Positions 39,901 to 53,736 of a DNA stretch of 64,000 bases are shown in pieces. The stretch's first letter is position 1; every line of letters starts with the position of its first letter. Below the pieces are notes generated by a model. That model was given only the letters and a program-made list of their open reading frames with translations. It was not told the origin of the DNA and did no database searches. The position numbers and the translations under genes were made by a program. Origin of the DNA: Xylographa opegraphella (Eukaryota); contig JALDZX010000003.1 in NCBI GenBank assembly GCA_022813865.1, positions 558,001-622,000 on the forward strand, written 5' to 3'.

Positions 39901-41530
39901 TGTAAGCAATTCTGCTACATCTTCTGTAAATCTCCGGACGGTAGCTATACTTCCTGTCACCGCAGGGGTACCGGTAGTCGAGTTTGGGAGTCGCCTTCTT
40001 AGTGCTCTTACACAGATTGGCGTGGTCAACGGTGTGACATCACTTAACCAGTCGGCAATTTTGAATCATCTTGGGCGGCATGCTTTCTCACGGATGGGCA
40101 AACTGAAACTCTCACAATATCTTGCAGATCTGGAGGAAAGATACGGAATGCTACTCTATATTGCTGACACGAATGTCAATTCACCATGGACACAAACTTG
40201 TATCAGTCAAGCCGACTGCATTCTTCTAGTAGCACTTGCGGAGGGATCGCCTACGATTGGAGAATACGAAAGATTTCTTCTTGGCATGAAGACAACAGCT
40301 AGAAAGGAGCTAGTGTTGTTACACATCGAAAGGTATTCACCACCAGGCCTAACAAGGAAGTGGTTGCGCAATCGCGTGTGGATCAATGGTGGCCATCACC
40401 ATATCCAGATGACCCTTCGTACCCATACAGAACCGGCACATCCACAAATCAGGCGTTTTGGTACAGCGTTGAAGCAACGTGTCCAGGTTTTGCAAGCCGA
40501 AATACAAAAATACACATCTCGAAGAATCCGTCAGACGCCACTCTACTCCGCTGAAACTCCTTTCAAAGGGGACTTCCATCGTTTAGCCCGACGGCTCTGT
40601 GGGAAGTCGGTAGGTCTCGTTCTTGGTGGTGGGGGAGCACGAGGCATATCCCAGATTGGAGTAATCCGAGCGTTGGAGGAAGCTGGTATTCCAGTCGACA
40701 TTATAGGTGGGACATCGATCGGTGCGTTCATTGGAGCACTTTATGCTCGTGACGCGGATGTTGTACCAATGTATGGTAGAGCCAAAAGGTTTGCAGGAAG
40801 AATGGGAAGTATGTGGCGCTTTGCCCTCGACCTTACATATCCCTCCGCATCATACACAACTGGTCACGAATTCAACAGAGGTATTTTCAAGACATTTGGC
40901 AACTCGCAAATTGAAGACTTCTGGTTGGAGTTTTATTGCAACACCACAAACATTAGTAAGTCACGGTCTGAGATTCATAATTCAGGGTATGTATGGCGGT
41001 ATGTGAGGGCTTCGATGTCCTTAGCAGGCCTCATTCCACCTCTTTGCGACGAAGGTAGTATGCTTCTGGATGGAGGCTATATCGACAATCTGACGGTAGC
41101 ACACATGAAGTCCCTAGGTGCGGATGTTATCTTCGCCATCGATGTTGGCTCGTTGGACGACAATCTGCCCCAAGCATTTGGTGACTCGCTTTCTGGGTTC
41201 TGGGCTTTGATTAATCGGTGGAATCCATTCTCCCCCTACCCGAACCCCCCAACGCTGTCGGAGATCCAGGCTCGGCTTGCGTACGTCAGTAGCGTGGATG
41301 CTTTGGAAAGGGCGAAAACTACCCCAGGTTGTCTCTACATGAGGCCGCCGATTGATGCGTATGGTACCCTTGAGTTCGCCAAATTTGATGAGATCTATCA
41401 AGTGGGGTATGCGTACGGAACCGAGTTCCTGGCCAAACTAAAAGAAAAGGGCGTATTGCCGGGTATGGAGGAAACAGAGGAAAAGAAGAATCTCAGGAGA
41501 ACAATGGCGCCAAGGAGAGCGAGCGTGTAG
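36989..41530 (+). CDS. NTE1: Lysophospholipase Nte1 (cNMP-binding domains plus patatin domain)
   Basis: N-terminal TM region [11 protein letters not shown], cNMP-binding repeats, GGGGARG, GTSIG, DGGY, ending APRRASV. Intron 37189-37236. Confidence 0.97.
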
Positions 41531-42134
41531 GCAGAAAGGTGTACCGAAAATGCAACATGAGATTGTTGTGCAAGACACTCTGGTTGTTCTTGAAGGAGAA
41601 AATGGTGGGTACCTGCCGAAATGACGATCTTTCGTCTATGATAATGACTGTCGTCTTCATCAACGACATTTTAGAGTCTGATGTGTCATTTTGAGCTAAT
41701 TTGTTCCATTGCCTATCTACGTCGATACCCACCTTAGCATGGGACAAGTGTATGAAGATCTAATCACCGCGGAGCAAAATAAGAATCGCGGATAATAGAC
41801 TACTATATATAGAGTGCATGTCTCCGAAATACCTTACTCTAGCGAATATGTAGCCATCGACACCGGTGACTGTGCGTAGTATGCCCCAAGTCTCGAGCGT
41901 TATGGAATCCATGTAAGGTAGCTACCTAGATTCCACTTACCCTAAGCCGAGACCGTCGTGCTTTGGCTGTCCGAACCCTGAAACCTAATAATCTCTCGTC
42001 CTCCCAAAGTCTCTCCCAAGATACCTAGGTAGACTTCGCCATATAATCCTGCCACTGTACATCTCGCACCTTTGGAGGTGTAGTGCATGACGCTTTACGC
42101 GCTTTGATCATTCCATCCCATCATTCCACCTCCG

Positions 42135-43804
42135 ATGATCATGGTTTCCGAAACACTTCTGAAGCGGACCATCTACATCGGTACATTCATTCATTCCCTC
42201 ACCCTTGACGCGGTCGAAGTCGTTGAATCTGGCTCCATTGGTGTGGACGAGAAGGGCGTCATTGCTTTTATCGAGAAGGATTGCGCGATCGCTGAATTGG
42301 CGGAAGTAGTGAAAGGCCGACATGGATGGAAGGAATGGGAGGTAGTCAAGGTCGGGGATGGGACGTCGACGACATTTCTCTTCCCAGGGTTTGTGGGTAA
42401 GGCAGATGCTTTTCTTGCGCTTTCGATGTCTTGGCCTATATCGTCTTTATACTATTCTGCAATTCGTTGTTTCAAAGTCCCTATCGGTCGGATTGGCGCA
42501 GCAAACAAGTATTACTTAGCAACCACTCCCAACTTCTTCCTGTCTTGCATCCCTCCAACGCGCCTTTGATCTCCTTCTGAGTACCCCTAGACACACACAT
42601 CCACGCCCCTCAGCTTCCCAACACCGGTATATTTGGCAAATCGACTCTGCTATCATGGCTCCACACATACACATTTCCACTCGAATCCTCATTGGCCTCC
42701 ATCCCACGTGCCCGTACGATCTACAATCACGCCGTCGCCTCTACGCTTTCCCACGGTACTACCACCGCCGCTTACTTCGCGACCACTCACGTACCTGCAA
42801 CCACTCTTCTGGCCTCCATCTGCCACACACGCGGCCAGCGCGCCTTCATCGGCCGATGCAACATGGATTCGCACATCCACCCCGCCTACTACAAAGACGC
42901 CGACTCAGAGTCCGCGTTGAAGGACACTCGCGAAAGCGTTGCGGCCATAGCGGAGGTGGACGCCGGGGAAGGGCTTGTGATGCCGATCTTGACGCCACGT
43001 TTCGCGCCTAGCTGTACGGCCGAGCTGCTCCGCGGGTTGGGAGAGCTGCAGAAGGAGACGGGCCTGCGCGTGCAGACACACATCTCAGAGAATCTAGCCG
43101 AGGTGGCCCTTGTGCAGCAGATGTTCCCCGAACAACGCTCCTACACGGATGTCTACGACACACACGGGTTACTGGGACCGAAAACGGTGCTGGCGCACGC
43201 GTGCCACTTATCAGCGGACGAAGTGCAGCTCGTGAAAGCGAAAGGCGCGAGTGTAAGTCATTGCCCGGTCAGCAACAGCTACCTCGGCAGCGGGTTCTGT
43301 CCTGTGCGGGAGCTGCTCGGGGCAGGGATCCCCGTCGGGCTCGGGACGGACGTCAGCGGCGGATGGAGCTGCAGCATCTTGGCCGCAGCGCGGGAGGCGG
43401 GCGGCGTGAGCCGACTGCGGACTTATACGGAGAAGGAGGCGCGGTACGGAGCGGAAGCGGGACAGGAAGAGCGGGAGCGGGAGCGGATGAAGCTGAGTGT
43501 GGAGGAGTGCTTGTACCTGGCGACACGAGGCGGGGCGGCGTGCCTGGGATTGGAGCGAACGGTGGGAGCTTTCGAAGTCGGGATGGAATGGGACGCGCAG
43601 TTGGTGGATCTGGGAGCGGAGCTCGGGGAGGACGGAAGGACGGGGGCTCGGGGAGGACGGAAGGACGGGGCTCGGGGAGGAGTGGCGCTGTGGGGCGGGG
43701 AGGGGTGGGAGGAGAGGGTGGCGAAATGGGTGTATTGCGGAGACGAGAGGAACACGCGGAGGGTATGGGTGCGAGGTCGGGAGGTGGTGGGAGACCGTGG
43801 GTGA
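42135..43804 (+). CDS. GUD1: Guanine deaminase (amidohydrolase family)
   Basis: FPGFVDTHIHAPQ (across intron 42397-42590), GTTTAAYFAT, PILTPRFAPSC, QTHISEN, LAHACH, HCPVSN, GLGTDVSGG, GDERN. Start at 42135 or 42141. Confidence 0.93.
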
Positions 43805-45514
43805 CGGTAGTTCAGGAATCGTGATGTTTGTCCTGACCTGATCCGATGCGGATGACGTTGAACTACCTTCGGCTCGATGGACCCTATGCGGACGGCGTGC
43901 CTACCTTAAGGTATCAGACTCGACCTCATGGATTAAGTAATCGTATACCAATCACGCCCTTCGGATGACATAGCGCCCTTGCAACCCTCACGTCCGCGGG
44001 GACCCTTCTACATAAGAGCCTTGGGCACCCTCGGTCCGTTCACGATGATGCTTCTGAACATGACGGGCGTCGTCAGCATCAGAACACGAACACAGGCAGT
44101 CCCCATACGGCGTATCCTCGGCGACGAGACGATTGCTGAAAGCTGCCGCCTGCAGTCTGGCCACGCGGCGGTCATGTCCGAAGTCAGGCTCTTATCGGGC
44201 TAGCGGCTTGGCATGGAAGGACGCTCTTGTTGCTTCCAGAAGAATGCCGCTCTCGGTCCGGGTCTGGCGTTGGTCGGGCCGGCGATATGCCTACGCTCGG
44301 GTCTCCTGCCCGCGCTGTCACGGATGAAGGTGCGGACGGGGTGTTTATTGATCCTGATCATGCGCAGTGGTGAGTAGTACCTTACTCTATGTAGGTAGGT
44401 AGTATTACCTACGCAGGAGGGCAGGCAGGGGTTTTATTAGGTATGCAAACTCGCGTATTCACGACCCACGGCTGATTGATGCTGCTGTACCAGGATGCGA
44501 TCACGCGAGCATACGAGTCGCCAAGATTCAGACTACCAAGCCTAGGTATGCGGCGACGGACAACAGGTCGCGCGACCAGAACGGAGTCTAGGTCTCTGCC
44601 ACCCTCCCGCGATGTGCAGATACCACGCTGAGGCTGTGGCAGCTACCAATCATGCACGTCCAGACAGCCGACAGACGAAGGAAGGTGGTCGACTAGCAAG
44701 GCATCCTGCTTGTGGGCGGCGACAGAGCAAGGGGGCCAGCTGCCGATTCGAGTTCGCGTCCGATAAGAAAAAGGCCCTTCCACCACACCACCACGCCGCG
44801 AACCACGCTCAACCACGCTCTGGGGTCGCGGCTTCAGTCCATTTTTGAGATATTTCGGTCTTTCTTTGGATCTCCGTCGACGAAGAGAAAAGCGTGGGCC
44901 TTCCAGATAAGGAACATGAATCGGTGCTGGTCCGCCAGCGCTGCATCGCCACTCATATCGACCCTCGTTACCGATGGCCGGGGAACGATGTTGACGATGC
45001 TCCGATACGGCTAGACAGCATGCAGTCCACGCCAGCCGCCCGTCAGGATAGAGGTCGAGGCTTTCCCCGAAACCGCCAATCACTCTGCGACCACTGCGCC
45101 GCAAGTAATAATTCGCCTACCCACTAAAGTACGGAGTACTGTGGTACTGTGGTAAGATGCCACTGATTGCGATCGGCCAGCTAAGGGTAGGAGGGAAGGT
45201 AGGGGTGCTTCCAGACGCCAAGTTGCCCCCCAAGCAAATCGCCTCGGCGTTCTGGGGTACTGCTATGCACTGCTATATAAACGAAGGTCGCCCCTCCCAA
45301 CTCGACGGTCTTCATCGTCTGACCGTCACCGCGACCGTTCGTGCTGCCCGCATATTCCTTGGGCCTTTGGTGAGAAACGAGAAGCAGGACGGACTTTCCT
45401 CGAATCGCTCAGTAGTGCGACGACAGTGAGAGGTCGACATCCCCTTCTCTACTCACTAGGATCAATCGCGACATCCTCCACAGGTTTTGTGTAATTCCTC
45501 TTTCGACACTCAAG

Positions 45515-47443
45515 ATGGAGCAAGACGGCTATGGCACGGAAAAGGGCATGGGTGCCCCAGCCTATGATGATCCGGCGCACACTGTCGAGGACAAGGGGTT
45601 GCGCATGGGCGAAGCTGCCGACATGTATGGCGACTTGGAAACCGCGGAGGAATACGGCTACGTGACTCGAGGGTAGGCGAAGGATTATCATGAATTCGCT
45701 GGTCAGATTGACTTATTTTCGAACCGCAGTCTCAAATCACGCCATATACAATTTATCGCTCTTGGAGGGACCATTGGAACCGGTCTCTTTTTGGGAATCG
45801 GACGAGCCCTGACTCAAGCTGGACCTCTCAGTATCTTACTGGGTTATACTTTCACCGGTGTTGCGGTTTACGGCATGGTCCGTTTGCCTTTCAACGTCCG
45901 AATAGCCGTTGAACACCTGCTGATCTCGATTTCGATTAGATGCAATCGCTCGGAGAGATGGCGACCTGGCTCCCCCTTCCCGGTGCTATTCCGCAGTTCT
46001 GCGCTCGCTACGTCGACGGAGCCCTGGGCTTTGCGGTCGGCTGGAACGTATGTATATGGAGCATCCGCGGAAGTTTCTGTGTTTGTGCTGACCTTTGCAG
46101 AACTGGTATGCCTCCGCTATCACCCTCTGCGCCGAAATCTCGGCAGCATCCCTCGTCATCCAGTTCTGGCAAGGTGCTGTGGGAATCAATATCGCCGCCT
46201 GGATTTCCATCATCATCGTCGTCATCATCTGCCTAAACATCTTCGCCGTCGCCATTTATGGTGAAGCCGAGTTCATTTTTGCCAGTGTCAAGATCATAAC
46301 CATTGTGGGTCTCCTCATCATGGCATTATGCGTGGACTTGGGAGGATCCCCGACACACGACCGGATCGGGTTCCGCTACTGGAAGAACCCGGGTGCCATG
46401 GAGCTTTACATCAGCTCGGACCCCAACACCGGCCGCTTCCTCGGCCTTTTCTCCACGCTCGTCAATGCCGCCTTCTCCTACGGTGGTGTCGAGACGGTTG
46501 CCGTTGCGGCCGGCGAGGCCGAGAATCCCCGCAAGAACATCCCCAAGGCCGTCCGCCGGGTCTTCTGGCGAATCCTCTTCTTCTACGTTCTCGGATCCCT
46601 TGCCATCGGCGTCCTGGTCCCGTACGACGATCCTAACCTGCTCAGTGCTCAGAGCAGTGGTGCGTCCGGTGCCGCACAGTCCCCGTGGGTCATTGCCATC
46701 TACCGTGCCGGCATCCCAGCGCTTCCGTCCATCATCAACGCCGTCATTCTGACCTCTGCATCGTCCTCCGCCAATGCGTTCCTCTACACCGGTTCCCGCT
46801 ACCTGTACGCCCTGGCGCAGAACGGCCAAGCGCCCCGCTTCCTGCTCAAGTGCTCCAAAAAGTAAGCGCCCTCCCTTATCACCAAAGCCCGCATCCTCCG
46901 TGTCCCGACTGACAACTGTGGCGCAGCGGGGTCCCCTACTGGGCCGTCGGCATCACCGCCTCCATCTCCCTCCTCACGTACATGTCCTGCTCGAGCGGGG
47001 CCAACGTCGTCTTCACCTGGTTCCAGAACCTGACGACGATCGCCAGCCTGTTCACGTGGTGCAGCATCTGCATCGCGTACGTGCGCTTCCACGCCGCGCT
47101 CAAGGCGCAGGGCATCGACCGCAACACGCTGGTGTTCAAGTCGCCGTGGCAGCCGTACACGGCGTGGGCGGCCTTCACCTTCTTCGCCATCATCATCGTC
47201 TTCAACGGCTTCTACGTCTTCAGCCCGACCTTCAACGTCGACAACTTCGTCACCTCCTACGTCGGCATCCCCATCTTCTTCGTCCTCTACGCCTTCTGGA
47301 AGCTCTTCAAGCGCACCCGCTGGCTCAGCCCCGCCGACGTCGACCTCCACACCGGCAAGGCCGCCCTCGACGCCGCCGATCTGCTGTGGCCCGCCCAGAA
47401 CCCGCGGAACTTCCTCGAGCGCGTCTGGTTCTGGATCGCGTAG
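45515..47443 (+). CDS. Amino-acid permease (YAT family, proline permease-like)
   Basis: LKSRHIQFIALGGTIGTGLFLG, GEAEF, IGFRYWKNPG, GEAENPRKNIPKA, SPWQPY. Introns 45673-45729, 45878-45939, 46048-46100 and 46862-46926. Confidence 0.95.
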
Positions 47444-47958
47444 GGAGAGCTTTTTTGGGGAGGCTGAGGGGAGTTGGGGGAAGGGGGAAAGGGGGAGGGG
47501 GTATGGATTGTTGGGGGTGGCCGGGAGATGGCTTGTGCATAAATCTAATATATCCGTTCGTTGGCATGATCACGGTTGTCTGGGTACTCGGTGATTCCCG
47601 CTGACCTATGAACCCTCCCCTTTCCTCCCACCCCGTAGCGTTTCCGTCCCAAACCCCCTCCTCATCCCTTAGATATATATCATATCTCAGCCATCCCCAA
47701 TCTTAAAGCCCCCGACGCGGTCGACTTCTTTCCCCCAGCCCTTTCCGGAAGGAAAACCCTCCCCGCTGCCAAGCGAGAGTTGGCAACCCTTGCCGCGCCC
47801 TTTCACAGTGGAGCTGCGTGTATGGCGGTATGCTGCGCTTGCTGGTGTCGTTCCGGGTGGTTCAGCAGGGATGTGCTGTTTTGCGGACTGGAGGAGGGAG
47901 GCGGTGGGGGATTTGGGGCTGCGAGTGAGGGTGGCTAAGGGGTGGAAGGAGCGTGTTA

Positions 47959-48045
47959 GGGGGGATGGTTTGGGGGGGATGGTTTGGGGGGATGGTTTGG
48001 GGGGATGGTTTGCGGGGGATGGTTTGCGGGGGATGGTTTGGGGGG
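47959..48045 (+). repeat. Six copies of GGGG(G)ATGGTTT(G/GC), G-quadruplex-prone
   Basis: Direct read; about 320 bp upstream of the RPL5 ATG. Confidence 0.9.
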
Positions 48046-48364
48046 CGATTCCCTAGAGACTCTAGTCTACTCTACGAATTTAATTGTAATCGCTGTAGAA
48101 GAAAATCACTAAGCGGCACATGGGAATATTTTGGCGTGTTGCAAACTCGTCAGTGAATTGCTATGTTGAAGTGGCTTACGAATGAGAGGTGGGTGCTGTA
48201 GAAGTCCCGGTATGCCGTGGTCGTGGCCAACCTCACTTCTGGACATGGCTTTTGCAAGCGAAAGTTCGCGCACAAATCGAGTTTTGAGATCCTAGCTTTT
48301 TCCCTCTCACACACACACTTACATCACTTGACAACGAAAGCTCAGTCGAGGCAGATACTACAAG

Positions 48365-49492
48365 ATGGTAAGTTCAGGAACGAAGATAGCGGATTGTGAA
48401 ATTTCATTCATACTTGTGGGGTTGAGAGCAGATGGCAGAATAGTCATGTAGAGTCTATGCAAGATGCTTCGGAGGGTTCTGAAGCGCTCAATTGCTGATT
48501 CGAGGATCTGTACAGCCTTTCACAAAGCTGGTCAAGAACGGCGCGTACTTCAGGTGAGTCTCCTAATCCCATAGCTGACAGATGTGAACATATATCTGAC
48601 CACATCAAAAAACAGCCGGTACCAGACCAAGTACAAGCGTCGTCGTGATGGTAAAACCGACTACTATGCTCGCAAGCGTTTGATCACCCAAGCCAAAAAC
48701 AAATACAACGCTCCCAAATACCGCCTCGTTGTCCGCTTTACCAATCGTGATATTGTCTGCCAGATTGTCACTTCCGAGATCACCGGCGATAGAGTGATGT
48801 GTGCAGCTTACTCCCACGAACTCAAGCGCTATGGTATTAAGCACGGCCTGACCAACTGGGCCGCCGCGTATGCCACTGGTTTGCTGATTTCTCGACGAGC
48901 TCTCAAGAAGCTTGGCCTGGATGAGCATTTCTCTGGGGTGGAAGAAGCGGATGGGGAATACAAGATGACCGAGGCCGTTGAGGTTGATGGAGAGGACCGT
49001 CGCCCATTCAAGTGCTACCTCGATGTGGGCCTAGCTCGCACTTCGACCGGCGCCAAGGTCTTCGCGGTCATGAAGGGTGCTTCGGATGGAGGTATTCTCA
49101 TCCCTCACTCTGAGAATCGTTTCCCCGGTTATGACATCGAAACCAAGGAGCTCGAGGCCGAAATACTACGCAAATACATCTTCGGTGGACACGTCGCGGA
49201 GTACATGGAAACCCTGGCTGATGACGATGAGGAACGCTACAAGTCACAATTTCAAGGTTACCTTGATGATGATATCGAGGCTGAGGGCCTAGAGGAGTTG
49301 TATCAGGAGGCACACAAGGGCATCCGGGAGGACCCGTTCAAGAAGGATGACGAGGAAGATGAAGGGGAGAAGAAGACGAAGGAAGAGTGGAAGGAAGAGA
49401 CCAAGAAGTACAGGAAGAGCAAGATGACCTACGAGGAAAAGCGTGAGCGTGTCAAGGCGAAGATTGATGCTGTCAAGGCTGCTTCGAAGTGA
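48365..49492 (+). CDS. RPL5: 60S ribosomal protein L5 (uL18)
   Basis: ATG-only first coding exon, introns 48368-48515 and 48554-48615. [46 protein letters not shown]. Confidence 0.98.
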
Positions 49493-50017
49493 TAGGACTT
49501 CATCTAAGGCTGGAGTGCTGGAATAGCAGGATATTCGGAGTGGTAGCTCATATATCAAGGCTAGCTCAGAATCAATCACAAGCTCATGCTGTACTTCATG
49601 AACTTCAAAGTTACCCAGTAGCTTTGCAATCTGCCTCCCGGAGTATATTTCACGATTATCAATCCCGTGTCGAGATAATTCAGAGCACTCGCTGCTCACG
49701 TGACAGTGTCCTCAGCCGTATCTTCCCTACCTCGAGGTCGGGAACCTTGAGGGTCCACAAGAATAGCCAGCCTGAACGTTGTTCAATAATATGAGGCAAA
49801 GCACACATACTTGATAATACGATAATGTGTATAGAGAGGCCTTTCTCTCATCAGTAACGATAAGCTAGTCCCCATTGTACGCATAATCTGCCGGACTGAG
49901 CATCGACCACGGCTCTCCGCAACCCCGCGTTATGCCGAAGTGCTAGGAATGTGCCCGAGTTCTTATTATTAATGTCTGTACAGAAGCGACCGCTGGTCAT
50001 CATAAGTGGAAGGCTCG

Positions 50018-53000
50018 ATGATGGAAGGCGTTCATGGAGTTGACATCAGCTGGCTGCATCATTCGCAAAAAGGTGGGTTGTGCTACAGCGCGCACGCCGA
50101 GGGCAGATCCCAGATGTGTTCTGGAGCTGACCGTTGAAATTGGCCGTCACAGATCACCATGGCAAAAGCACTGGCTCGTCATTATCCAATGGGAGAGAAC
50201 GCTCGTCGAGCGATGCTTCGGAGATCGAAGAACAGATACCTTCAACGCCACAGACGAACGGCGATGCAGCGCCCCAGAGCCGTCATGGTTCTCACCGCCC
50301 TCATCTGCTCCATCGGCAAAGCTCAGAGAAAAGTATAGTCTCTGCTCAGTCGTCGCCGCCAAATTCTCGAGAAGCCAAACAGCAAACTGCGCCAACGCTG
50401 GGAAGGAAAGCCTCCTGGATTACGAACATCAGTTCCAAATTCTCCTCGTCCACGTCTTCACAACCTGCCAGTCCGACCGCCCAGTCGCAAGCCACGAAGC
50501 CCCTCCCCAGTCCGCAGAGAGAGCAACCCAATCCTCTCGGTGCGTCGCCTTCCTCTCCTAAGGATGTTAAGAAGGCAGATACAGCAGTGCAACCACCGTC
50601 ATCCCCGAAGTCTGCTGGGACATCGTTTCTTTCGAGCGCGTTCCGCCGTTTATCTGCGTCAGGAGGAAGCGTCGGGCTAGGGAAAGGAGCAGGCTCTGGT
50701 CCAGCATGTCAACGACGTGTTATGAACGTGGATCCTTATCGCGAGCGGTGCAAGATCCAAGAGCTCCATCCTGCCAAATTACGGAGGGTAGCATTCAGCG
50801 TTGACGTGGAGATTGCAGGGACTGCGAGATACCTAGATGAGGATACCGAGGACAACATCGACATGCCCCCGTCGTCTCCTGGGAAGGCGCCCAGTCTCAT
50901 GCCCACCGACAAGCAGACGGATCGCAGGAAACAAAAGGACAAGAAGATCAAGGAGAGGATGGAAGGGGAAGCGCTAAAGCACCCACAGGCTGTTATGGAC
51001 AAAAAAGAAAGCTCTTCTGACGCGATGATCGTCAACGAGGAAGTTGGCTTAGATCAGCTTGCCAAGGATCTGACAAGCAATGGAGTCAATGAAGAAACAA
51101 AAGACCCTTCTCGAAAGAAGGAGAAAAAGAAGAGATCCGAAGAGGAGCGGAAACAAAGGAAGGAACGCAAGAGGCAAGAAGCCGTCGCCAACGGAACAGT
51201 TCCTGTTGAGCTTTCAAGGAGTAGCAGCAGTACTGGGAGCTCCTCTGCCAGTCGATCACACTCGAAGCCCCAAGACCGACCAACTACAGATCCATTGCGG
51301 ATATATCGTCGATGCTGTCAACTCCGAGAAACGCCAATACTGAAGAGGATTACTGAGCAGCTTGCACCGTCGTCGGCATGTGATCCTGGATCACCCGGTA
51401 CGATTTCATGCCTGGATTTGTCTGGCTACTGGTTGCAATTGCAAGACATCGTGACACTAGGTGATTACTTAGCAGTGGTTCCTGTGAGGAAGCTGATTCT
51501 TGAGAACTGCGGTCTAACGGATGAAGCACTACGAGTTGTCCTTGCGGGTCTGCTGGCAGCTAAAACTCCCGATCAAGCAAGGCACAACAAGCATTTGACC
51601 AGGAATTCGAACAGTCATCCAAAGGATGCCGCAGAAAAGTTAGGCGTTATCGAAAAACTATCACTAAAAAACAATCCTACAATTGGAAAGGATGGATGGA
51701 AGTACATATGTCTCTTCATCCATATGTCCCGGTCACTCAAAGCCATTGACTTATCATTGATACCGCTTCCGCAAACTCTCAAGTCGTCTAACGGGCCAAA
51801 TTCGCATCTGAAGCCGCTGGGCACTGCCAAAGACGGCGAAAATGTTTGCATAACATTGCAGAAAGCTCTCGCCGAGAGACTTGCAGGGCCTCGTCTCGAG
51901 GAACTTGTTATGGCAGAGTGCAATCTCGGGTCTGATGATATCGAAAAGATCGTTGACGGTGTCATCCAATCTGGCGCAACGAGACTAGGCCTTGCCGGGA
52001 ACAAAACAAACGACGAAGCCTTACAGTCTATAGTACGCTACGTCGGGACAGGCAAATGTGAAGGCCTCGACTTGGGTGGAAATGATCTGTCCAGCAACCT
52101 CAATATCCTAGCTGAGGCTCTTGGCGATCAGAACGCGCTGTATGCCCTGAGCCTGGCTGACTGCAATCTTTCCATGTCTTCCCTCAAGACCCTTTTTCCA
52201 GCGCTGATACGGCTCCCCAACTTTCGTTTTATTGACCTCTCTCACAATCGTAATCTATTTGCGGCGCAGCCTAATGCGCTCGGCTGTCTGCGGAAATTTC
52301 TGCCTCAGATGGCGTTCCTGAAGAGGATACATCTTGCGGACGTGGCAATGTCGTCTGAACAGGCCATTGCGATAGCGGAAGTGCTGCCTGAAATGCCGGT
52401 GCTTGCACATCTGAACATCATGGAAAATCCGGAATTGACCGCATTGGCAACCGCAAAGGATGAGGCCAGCCAAGAGGAAGCTTGCGCGCTTTACACCTCA
52501 TTGATGGCTGCCGTCCGGGTTTCAGATTCCATTATCTGCGTCGACATTGATGTTCCCAGTCAGGATTCGAGTGAGATCGTAAAGGCTCTGGCGAAACAAG
52601 TGGTGGCATACTGTTTACGAAACATGGAACGTGGTCCAGCCGCAGAGGTTTATCAAGATGCTGTCGCATCGATAGCGGGTCCGCAAAGCGGACAGAAATA
52701 CGTTACAGTACCAGATATCCTTCTCCATCTTGTCGGCCACGTTGATGGCTTTCCTGAGAATCATGACGACGATGAACCGGCCCCGGACGATGATTATATC
52801 GTCGGTGGTACTGGTGTGGTGAAAGCTCTCGGAGTGGTTCTCGGGAACAGGGCAGCCGATCACAGAAGACCCTCACGGGATGTTACGCCGACCGAGAGCG
52901 GTACGGTGACCCCGAAACAGGCTACCCGAGGTGCTGAGGTGGCGAAAGGTAAAGCCAAGAATATGTCGAAGAACTTGTTGGATAGTGCCAGAAAGATTCG

Positions 53001-53736
53001 AATGAGGCTCCAACCTGCTCTGGTACGTGAGCAAAGAAACGACAACGATGGAGCATACAGTAAGTTTATCCAAGCAAGCTTCCGCATGTCTGCTAACCAA
53101 TTACCAGAGCGCCTCCTCTTCCTAGACTCGACCCTTGAACGTATGATCCAACGCTTCGAGGACGAATTCCCTGAGTGTCGCTTGAGACCTGCTCAAGCTT
53201 CGCCATCGGCGGACGACGCTCTCTCCGAGTCTGGTAGCCTACCATCGTCCTTCACCAATCCCTTCAACAGCGAAGGCACCGACGAGACGAGCCTCACGAC
53301 CGTCGACCCCACCGAAGACGACGAGGGCGTCGTGCGCGTGCCCATATCCCGCCAACACTCGGACGTCTCCCTCGCCTCGCGCTTCCTCACGCAGGAGGAA
53401 GGGCAGATGCATCGCTTCGGGCAGCAGATCCGCCGGGACATCCTCCGGCCCGAGCTGCAGGACTACGCGCACGGCACGACCGGGCAGGAGGTCGAGCCGC
53501 AACACCTGCAGCAGCTGCGGCGCCGGCTCGAGGCCATGGAGGGGCCCGAGATCAAGGGCCGCGTCGACCAGTTCGGCTCCGAGGCCGTGCTGCGCGAGCT
53601 GGGCGCCACGGCTGAGGAGCTGCGCTTCTTGGAGCAGCAGGATCCGGACGGCTTCGAGAAGTTCAAGGAGGCTTATATCGTCGGTCAGCAGAATCGGAGG
53701 GATACCCTGAGGGAGGCGTCCGAGGCCGTTGTGTAG
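50018..53736 (+). CDS. MHP1: Mhp1-like LRR (RNI-like) protein, cell wall/microtubule associated
   Basis: GVDISWLHH N-terminus, LRRVAFSVDVEI (RVxF-type PP1-docking motif), YRRCCQLRETPIL, LRR region. Introns 50073-50152 and 53060-53107. Start at 50018 or 50021. Confidence 0.85.

Noticed and set aside
48368..48515. snoRNA in RPL5 intron 1 (also considered for the DBP2 and GUD1 long introns)
   Set aside because: No convincing box C (RTGATGA) paired with a box D; only a small hairpin.
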